7,974 bases of DNA from Octopus sinensis (taxonomy: Eukaryota), in contig NW_021828589.1 of the NCBI RefSeq assembly GCF_006345805.1, positions 1 through 7,974 of the forward strand, written 5' to 3'. Below the pieces are notes generated by a model. It was not told the origin of the DNA, made no database searches, and was given only the letters and a program-made list of their open reading frames with translations. Below, one piece after another: positions 1 to 6,722 of this stretch; within the stretch, counting starts at the first letter, position 1; every line of letters begins with the position of its first letter. The position numbers and the translations under genes were made by a program.

Positions 1-559
1 ATATATGCATATGTGTGTTGTATGGCTGCTGCATAGTGTATACATGTGTGTTATGTACCTTCCAATTTTTGTATGCAGATAGATGTGCCTCTGTAGCAAT
101 TGAAGTTTGTGTAATAGCTTGTGTGTGTATGTGTGCCTGTATGTTTATTTACATGTATCTATGTATTAAAACACAAACACACGCACGCACGCACGCACTT
201 ATAAATGTATGTTTATATGCATGTGTATCTATATGGGTGTATACTTTTCTACATGTGTGAATATTCACATATTTATCTTATGTGTTATGTTTGTAGATTG
301 AGTAACGTGTAGAAATTTTGATGTTAAAATTTATTAGTTACTTTTGATGTTCAAAGCTAGTATGTGTGTGTGTGTGTGTGTGTGTCACACACATACACAT
401 ATATCCATATCCATATATATATATATATATACACACACATATATATATACATATACATGTTTACATACAAGCATGCATATATGTATATATTTGTATGTAT
501 GTGAGTTTATACACACACACACACACAACAACACACACGCACTCATATATATACATATG
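1..559. repeat. Degenerate mixed (TG)n/(CA)n/(TA)n low-complexity region
   Basis: Interrupted TG/TATG runs (e.g. pure (TG)n at 363-385) and CA/TA runs (386-559). The overlapping ORFs are CVCV/THTH/YIYI repeat translations. Confidence 0.85.
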
Positions 560-618
<59 letters not shown>

Positions 619-657
619 GATAGATAGATAGATAAATAGATAGATAGATAGATGATA
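560..657 (+). repeat. (GATA)n tetranucleotide microsatellite
   Basis: Directly visible, near-perfect GATA array with a few GAT/AATA variants. Confidence 0.97.
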
Positions 658-759
658 GGGAAAAAGAGAGAGGTGCGTGACAGAATTGTCATGACATTTG
701 TGCTTTCTGGAGCGTATAATTGGTAAAAATGAGTGACTTCGCAAGGGAATTGATACCGA

Positions 760-1440
760 GACACACACTACAATGGTTGCTGGTGGTAATATACCTTTAC
801 TAAATAAGTGACAAGATATTTTCGGGGAATGGAGGGCGAGGTGTAAATTCCACACCTGTCCCAAACTCTTTAATGATGTACTTGAAAGAAAACGGTTCTA
901 GCCAGAACCGAAACCAAAATACAGATAAGCTAGCGAGAGTCGCATTATGTGCTAGAAACAGCTACTAAATCTATTTCAAAACATATTTTAGATAAGAATG
1001 TCACATCGTCTAATCTACTCCTGAGCACACTTCTTAAAAATAAACCAACGAGATGGCTACGGATGGCATCCCATTCTACTTTATGTTAGGCCTGAGCTGG
1101 AGGCTAAACAACTGTTGCAATGACTCAGTTTATTTTTTCTTTAATGACAATATAAGACAGCATGTCGGTTTCTGAAGGTCTGTGCCCTACAGCCCCTAAT
1201 ATTCTGACTGTGGTAGAAGGAGATTAAGAAGTTGTAGTGTCTGTGTCTTTCCGTAGAACCTTAGCATCATAAGTGAAATGAACTGCCATCGAACAGAAGC
1301 GAAACCGTATTGCAGATTGACTTGATTTACCGTGATCTTAGGTCTTGGCTGTGTTCTGTATGTGGACGTTTATCATATCCCCGTTGACAGTATTCCCCAT
1401 TTCTTTTATACGATGAAAATGCTCGAAGTGTCGGAGGAAA
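760..1440 (+). mobile_element. Highly decayed RTE-like LINE ORF fragment (linker to early RT region)
   Basis: Manual translation across stops and frameshifts gives motifs in the expected order. GGNIPLLNK*QDIFGEWR (782-835) resembles RTE 'DG..LL.DK..IL.RW'. LKNK (1033-1044) plus ATDGIP (1056-1073) resembles 'LK..KA.G.DGIP'. YVD...VDSIPH (1359-1400) resembles 'F.D..KAFDSV.H'. Boundaries are approximate. Confidence 0.5.
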
Positions 1441-1457
1441 GGCATGGATGGCGTTGC

Positions 1458-1568
1458 TCTTTATTTCTCTCTCTTTCCCCCTCCCTCTTTACGTCTCTTC
1501 CTCCTTTCTCTTTCACTCTCAAATCATCTCATTATTTCTAACATTCTCTCTCCCTTTCCACCCCCACT
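1458..1568. repeat. CT-rich polypyrimidine low-complexity tract
   Basis: Almost entirely C/T with (CT)n runs. Confidence 0.8.
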
Positions 1569-2254
<686 letters not shown>

Positions 2255-2336
2255 GTGTCTGTGTGTGTATGTATGTGTCTGTCTGTATGTGTTTGTATCT
2301 ATGTGTGTGTATGTGTGTGTGTATGTGTGTGTGTGT
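2255..2336 (+). repeat. Interrupted (TG)n microsatellite abutting a SINE head
   Basis: TG run with TATG/TCTG interruptions, ending at GAAG (2337). Confidence 0.92.
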
Positions 2337-2545
2337 GAAGGTGCCTTGCTTAGTGGTTAGGATGTCAGAATCGCTCGCTATCATAAGTTTGTGGGTTCGT
2401 TTCCTGGACCTGTAAACGCATTACCTTCTTAAGCAAGGCACTTCGTTTTACGTGACTCCACTTCTATTCAGGTGTATAAGTGACTACATAGCGAAAGTCT
2501 GGTACACGCTGTCCAGTCATTCTCCATACTTACTAACGGTCGTAA
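2337..2545 (+). mobile_element. tRNA-derived SINE, family B, diverged copy
   Basis: Pol III A-box-like TGCTTAGTGGTTAGG (2347-2361) and B-box-like GGTTCGTTTCC (2394-2404). These are followed by CTTCTTAAGCAAGGCACTT (2425-2443), resembling the CCTTGAGCAAGGCACTT motif of CORE/V-type SINE central domains. Collinear with the inverted copy at 5105-5386. The 3' boundary is uncertain. Confidence 0.75.
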
Positions 2546-2587
2546 CATATAGGTGTTCATACACACATACCACACACACACGGAAAT

Positions 2588-2635
2588 ATTTTCTAGTTTC
2601 GGGTCCAGAGCTGTGGCCATGCTGGGGCACGGCCA
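2588..2635 (-). repeat. Short interspersed-repeat fragment (probable retroelement 3' terminus) with hairpin
   Basis: GC-rich island in AT-rich DNA. On the + strand it reads TGGCC-A-TGC-TGGG-GCA-C-GGCCA (2614-2635), a stem-loop. It resembles, from memory only, a frequent octopus repeat end ('ggccatgctggggcacc'). Confidence 0.35.
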
Positions 2636-2725
2636 ACTGGTTGTTGCTACACCTTCATTAATCCAACTTTAATAGTTGGCATTTGGTGAATGGGGGAGTT
2701 TGATGTTGCTGCGTATTTACACGCA

Positions 2726-2788
2726 GGTAGACAGATAGGTAGATAGGTAGATAGATAGATAGGCAGGTAGATATATATATATATATAT

Positions 2789-2823
<35 letters not shown>
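2726..2823 (+). repeat. Compound (GGTA/GATA)n-(TA)n-(GATA)n microsatellite
   Basis: Directly visible; forms the left flank of the 2824-3021 element. Confidence 0.95.
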
Positions 2824-3021
2824 TGTTTCTTTATTAGCCACACAGGGCTGCACACAGATAGAACAAATTACAAGGTAGAGCTTTTCTTTTGAAGGTATTA
2901 AAAAAGAAAAAAAAAAAAAAAAAAAAATGGAAGGGGGAGGTTCGATCAAAAGGGATCGTAAAAGGAGAGAAAGAGGACAAAAATAAGGGGGGTTAAAAAA
3001 AAAAAGAAAAAAAAAAAAAAA
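2824..3021 (-). mobile_element. 5'-truncated non-LTR retroelement 3' end (T-rich 3'UTR-like), embedded in (GATA)n
   Basis: The minus strand is T-rich with two poly(T) tracts and ends ...CAGCCCTGTGTGGCTAATAAAGAAACA. AATAAA corresponds to + 2830-2835. The terminal ~55 nt align with the 3' tail of the SINE at 6488-6722, which fixes the orientation. No coding sequence remains, so the clade is not assignable. Confidence 0.6.
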
Positions 3022-3054
3022 GATAGATAGATAGATAGATATATAGACAGATAG

Positions 3055-3109
<55 letters not shown>

Positions 3110-3177
3110 GATAGATAGATGATAGATAGATAAATAGATAGATAGATAGATAGACAGATAGATAGATAGATAGATAT

Positions 3178-3214
<37 letters not shown>

Positions 3215-3339
3215 GAGATAGATATATAGATAGGTAGGTAGGTAGGTAGGTAGAAAGATAGATAGGTAGAAAGAAAGATAGATAGATAGATAGATGGATA
3301 GATAGATAGATGGATAGATAGAGAGACAGATAGATAGGT

Positions 3340-3408
<69 letters not shown>

Positions 3409-3409
3409 T

Positions 3410-3454
<45 letters not shown>

Positions 3455-3504
3455 GAGATAGATATATAGATAGGTAGGTAGGTAGGTAGGTAGGTAGATA
3501 GATA
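3022..3504 (+). repeat. Long (GATA)n array with GGTA/GAAA/GAGA/TATA variants
   Basis: About 480-bp array, source of the YLSI ORFs. Contains an exact 76-bp internal duplication (3178-3253 = 3418-3493). Confidence 0.97.
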
Positions 3505-3560
3505 AACATAGTCATCGAGATATCCCTCATGTGGAAATGGTAACGAAAATATTTTAAAAT

Positions 3561-3845
3561 CTCTTTCTATTTCCCTCTCCCTCTCCTGTGCTCTCCCTAC
3601 CTCCTACTCTCTCTCTTTATATACACACATACATATATGTGTGTGTTTGTATATATATGTATATGTTCAACTCCCCCCTTTTATCTTCCCTCCCTTCTAA
3701 ATCTATCTCACTTCCCTACTTTTTGTAATTTCAATATGAACGCTTTCCCTGCCCGTTTCCTCTCCCTCTCTCTCCCCCCTCTCTCTTTCTCTCTACCTTT
3801 CATTCTTTCACCCTCACGCACAGTTCAGCTCTCTCACTCGTACAT
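3561..3845. repeat. CT-rich polypyrimidine tracts with short TA/CA/TG repeats
   Basis: (CT)-rich stretches at ~3561-3615 and ~3740-3840. Confidence 0.7.
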
Positions 3846-3917
3846 CCCGACCATCACACACACACATATATATCGATGGCAGCAGCTTTGTGTTCGTGTG
3901 TGCGAACCTATGTACCA

Positions 3918-3941
3918 GCGCGCGCGCGTGTGTGTGTGCGC
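3918..3941. repeat. (GC)n-(GT)n alternating purine-pyrimidine tract
   Basis: GCGCGCGCGCGTGTGTGTGTGCGC is read directly from the sequence. Confidence 0.85.
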
Positions 3942-4029
3942 TTCCGTGCCGGTGCGTGTGTTGGCTTTTATACAGAAAGTAGATGGACAGAATTGTGCAC
4001 AAACAAAAGCACCGAATCACTACACCTCT

Positions 4030-4047
4030 ACAACAACAACAACAACA
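4030..4047 (+). repeat. (ACA)6 trinucleotide microsatellite
   Basis: acaacaacaacaacaaca is read directly from the sequence. Confidence 0.9.
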
Positions 4048-4069
4048 TTTTAGAAAGACATAGTGTTGA

Positions 4070-4144
4070 TGTGTGTGTGTGTGTGTGTGTGCGTGTGTGT
4101 GTACGTGTGTGTGTGTATCTGTGTGCGCGTGTGTTGTATGTGTG
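4070..4144 (+). repeat. Interrupted (TG)n microsatellite
   Basis: Directly visible. Confidence 0.93.
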
Positions 4145-4399
4145 ATCTGGATATGTTTACTAAACAAACGTATACAAGAGAGCTTCTTTCCACATGTCTC
4201 CCATCCAGCTAAAAATAGCAGGCGAAATCCCTCATGTACAGAGAAAAAACACTTTATGTAATCTATTCTTAGATGTTAGTAAACTACAAGATAATTTATG
4301 GTTGGGGTGTCTTTCATGATTGATTTGCTTGTCGAGGGGCAACTTTGAGCTTCAAGTTTTGAGCTGGGGACGAACCTACATTTTCATTGTGTACCTATT

Positions 4400-4485
4400 T
4401 GTGTGTGTGTGTGTATGAGAGTGTGTGTGTGTATGCGTGCGTGTGTGTGCGTGCGAGTATGTTTGCGTGTGTATGTGTGTGTGTG
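4400..4485 (+). repeat. Interrupted (TG)n/(TGCG) microsatellite
   Basis: Directly visible. Confidence 0.93.
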
Positions 4486-4499
4486 ACGATAAGAAATGG

Positions 4500-4960
4500 C
4501 CCAAGAGGTTTAAAAGGCATCGGTCGGCACAGAAATCCCGGTTACTGTATATTTTGGAATAGTAAGTGCGTCGTTGTCTTTGATTTTCAGGGAGACACTC
4601 AATAAAGCTTAGAGAAGCCACTAGGAGGACGAGACTCAATAAAAATCTAAAACCTGTCCACATTCCCCTTGTCAATGCGCGACCAGGTAATACTCCCGCA
4701 TCAAAGCAGTTGATCAGCACACTGGGCATATCAGTGGTCTTCTACCCATCAGAGAACCGCGTCCTCCGTCTTGCACCTGTTCGGTCCAATGAAGTACATT
4801 CTCTGCGGAGTTGAAGATGACCGTGAAGAATGAATCTTTTCCAAGTGGATTCAAGAGTTGAATTCAGCGATACTGCAAATGCATTTTTTGTGATGAAGAA
4901 TATGTTGTGTAGTAATTTTGTACTGAAGAAGAATTATGCGCAATAAGAATGACGTATGTC
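4500..4960 (-). mobile_element. Decayed RTE-like LINE C-terminal fragment
   Basis: Minus-strand translation across frameshifts gives STKLL (~'TKL.VY'), LHWTEQV (+4774-4794, ~'I.W.D.V'), DAVL (~'EVL'), QLL*CG (+4695-4712, ~'QLRWAG') and ADR (+4520-4528, ~'A.DR'). The order matches RTE ORF C-termini, but identity is low. Confidence 0.5.
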
Positions 4961-5003
4961 CATTGATAAAAAGTTGTGCTTACCTTTGTATAACCCCCCA
5001 GGG

Positions 5004-5100
5004 TACATACATATGCACACACACACATACACAAACATACACACGCACACACACACGCATATACACGCGCATACACACGCACAAGCACTCACATATAACA
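5004..5100 (+). repeat. Degenerate (CA)n/(CACG) microsatellite
   Basis: Directly visible; lies at the 3' side of the minus-strand SINE. Confidence 0.88.
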
Positions 5101-5104
5101 TGTG

Positions 5105-5386
5105 TTTTGAGCCTACGAGTCCTTAGGTCAGGGCTTATCTCGGTTTCATGATACTTTAGCTTAACATTGAGTTAAGAGTACAAATCTCTCTGAATAAAAC
5201 AGGATGCCAATCCTTCGCAGGATTAACCCTTTTCTGCAACTATCACTGTTACACATTCTCAGATGAGTGGAATGAGACAAAATGAAATGCTGGATCGAGA
5301 TCATAATGCACCGCTCAGTCCAAGAATCAAATCCAGGTCCTAACGTTCGTGAGTGGAACACCGAAACCACTATGTCTTGGATCTTC
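5105..5386 (-). mobile_element. tRNA-derived SINE, family B, diverged inverted copy
   Basis: The minus strand begins GAAG-10 nt-TAGTGGTT, the same spacing as the 2337 copy. It has an A-box-like segment (+5361-5374), a degenerate B-box GGATTTGATTCT (+5323-5334), a decayed central motif (GCATT...GCATTTCATTTT vs GCATT...GCACTTCGTTTT) and a CCTGCGAAGGATTGGCATCC block. The 3' boundary is approximate. Confidence 0.65.
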
Positions 5387-5388
5387 GT

Positions 5389-5417
5389 ACACACACACAC
5401 ACACACGCACACGCACG

Positions 5418-5478
<61 letters not shown>

Positions 5479-5487
5479 ACATACACA
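5389..5487 (+). repeat. (CA)n microsatellite, largely pure
   Basis: About 100 bp of CA with a few CG/TA interruptions. It reads (TG)n directly upstream of the minus-strand SINE head. Confidence 0.97.
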
Positions 5488-5499
5488 GGCACAATGATA

Positions 5500-6487
5500 A
5501 AAATGCTAAATCTAACCGGTGTACATTCATTTAATTTAGGTGGAAGGTTTACAATGAGTCGAAATTTGCAAAGAACTAAAATGTATGTATGTGCACGTGT
5601 TGCAGTCCACATTTTACTGAAACAGTATTTACTGCGCTTAAAGTCCAAATGTTACATTGTCAGAGGAGAGTAGAACCAGAGATTTCTCGTTAACCGAGAA
5701 ACTTGATATTGAAGAGCAAGATGGTTACTCGAAAAGCCTCTCTTTATGAGCTTTCTAAAGGAGACATAGGATTGCCTGAAACGATTTAAAATTTCCTCAT
5801 CCAGAGTTCACCAGCTGAAAAGGATGCTGCCTCTCTGTTTGAAATGGAGGAATATGATTAAATCGACACCCTTGGTCTGAGAAAGTGGGAAGGCAGGGTG
5901 ATGCAGTATGTTCTTGAGATAGCTTTAGTGTTAGGTCTATCCTTTTATAAACTGTAATGGTTACCGAAATGATGGCTCATTGCGTTCCGGAGTGTGAGCT
6001 ACCAGCGCAGACATAAACATCAATGATCAGTTCAGATTTGAACTTGGCCAGAACTTTTCCAGCAATGGACGGGATAACTATACTCTGGCAATTGGAGCAA
6101 ATACATTTATTTCTTTTGTTTTTGTAGATGGTGACAATTGTCCAGTCCAGAACATTTTTTTCTTATTCTATGTTTTGATGGTTGCATTAAGTTCATTCAA
6201 ATTGCAGAAAGCTGGGGTTTTCACAATAGTTCCATTGGTTTAAGACCTAGTTAACTTGTTCTTCCGAGCGATTCAATTTTGCTGAAAGGTCCTTCAGTAG
6301 AAATATTCGGCCTTAAAAGTTGACTTGTGCCATGAAACAATTCCATGGGTTATAGATATCTTTATTGCATCACAGAAACTGTGCAGGCTTGGCCTGTCTA
6401 CATTTCTCGAACACGCATTTCCGAAGAGCTCACAATGTTTATCTGGAGTGTGTCATGGTTTGTCCAGAGAGGCTCAGTGAACCTTGT
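5500..6487 (-). mobile_element. RTE-clade LINE remnant, linker/RT/C-terminal part (non-functional, RT core deleted)
   Basis: Minus-strand motifs occur in RTE order: DAIKDIYNP (+~6347-6372), LLKDL (+~6287-6301), TIVTIYKNK (+6115-6141), SIAGKVLAK (+6043-6069), PE...FR (+5964-5990), ILHHPAF (+~5890-5910), FKQRGSIL (+5820-5843, ~'F.YLGS.L'), TLDEEILNR (+5781-5807) and TLL*QCNIWT (+5642-5671, ~'TLLYGCETWT'). There are many stops and frameshifts. Confidence 0.85.
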
Positions 6488-6722
6488 ATATTTATTTCTT
6501 TACTGCCTACAGGGGCGGGGGGCTAAAGATAGAGGGGACAAACAAGGACAAAGGGATTAAGTCGATTACATCGACCCAGTGTGTAAATGGTGCTTATTTA
6601 ATCGACCCCGAAAGGATGAAAGGCAAAGTCGACCTCGGCGGAATTTGAACTCAGACCGTAACGGCAGACGAAATGCCGCTAAGCATTTCGCCCGGCGTCC
6701 TAACGATTCTGCCAGCTCTCCT
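6488..6722 (-). mobile_element. tRNA-derived SINE, family A, near full-length and well preserved, inserted in the RTE remnant
   Basis: Minus-strand A-box TGGCAGAATCG (+6704-6714) and B-box GAGTTCAAATTCC (+6640-6652). The central domain reads GACTTTGCCTTTCATCCTTTCGGGGTCGATTAAATAAG, with a GTCGAT-3nt-ATCGAC hairpin (+6561-6575). The tail ends ...GGCAGTAAAGAAATAAATA. From memory it matches an abundant octopus SINE type. Confidence 0.9.

Noticed and set aside
15-864. ORFs 15-260, 344-568, 366-572, 385-864 and 543-764
   Set aside because: They stay open only because TG/CA/TA/GATA repeats lack stops in some frames (CVCV, THTH, YIYI, YLSI). There is no protein-like content.
839-910. Short hairpins AGGTGT/ACACCT (839-857) and CGGTTCT/AGAACCG (893-910), also TTTCTCG/CGAGAAA (5683-5701)
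   Set aside because: Stems of 6-7 bp occur at chance frequency. Bacterial-style terminators are irrelevant in this eukaryotic context.
2347-2410. Functional tRNA genes at the SINE heads (also 5320-5386 and 6640-6720)
   Set aside because: There is no complete cloverleaf, and each head runs into SINE central and tail domains.
2897-3021. Plus-strand poly(A) tracts as a processed-pseudogene tail, with GGTTCGATC (2939-2947) as a B-box
   Set aside because: Homology with the SINE tail orients this element on the minus strand, so the tracts are poly(T) within a 3'UTR-like body. No matching A-box or cloverleaf is seen.
3022-3504. CRISPR-like or satellite array
   Set aside because: It is a simple tetranucleotide repeat with no repeat-spacer architecture.
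2946-3530. 194-aa ORF, the longest in the window
   Set aside because: It is the (TATC)n reading YLSI repeated, a microsatellite artefact.
3522-4237. ATCCCTCATGT repeated at ~3522 and ~4226 as a possible TSD
   Set aside because: An 11-mer match is expected by chance in 8 kb, and no element is recognisable between the two copies.
4376-4729. 117-aa minus-strand ORF with a signal-peptide-like hydrophobic stretch
   Set aside because: It lies in an off-frame of the decayed RTE-like fragment and runs into a (CA)n translation. There is no other support.
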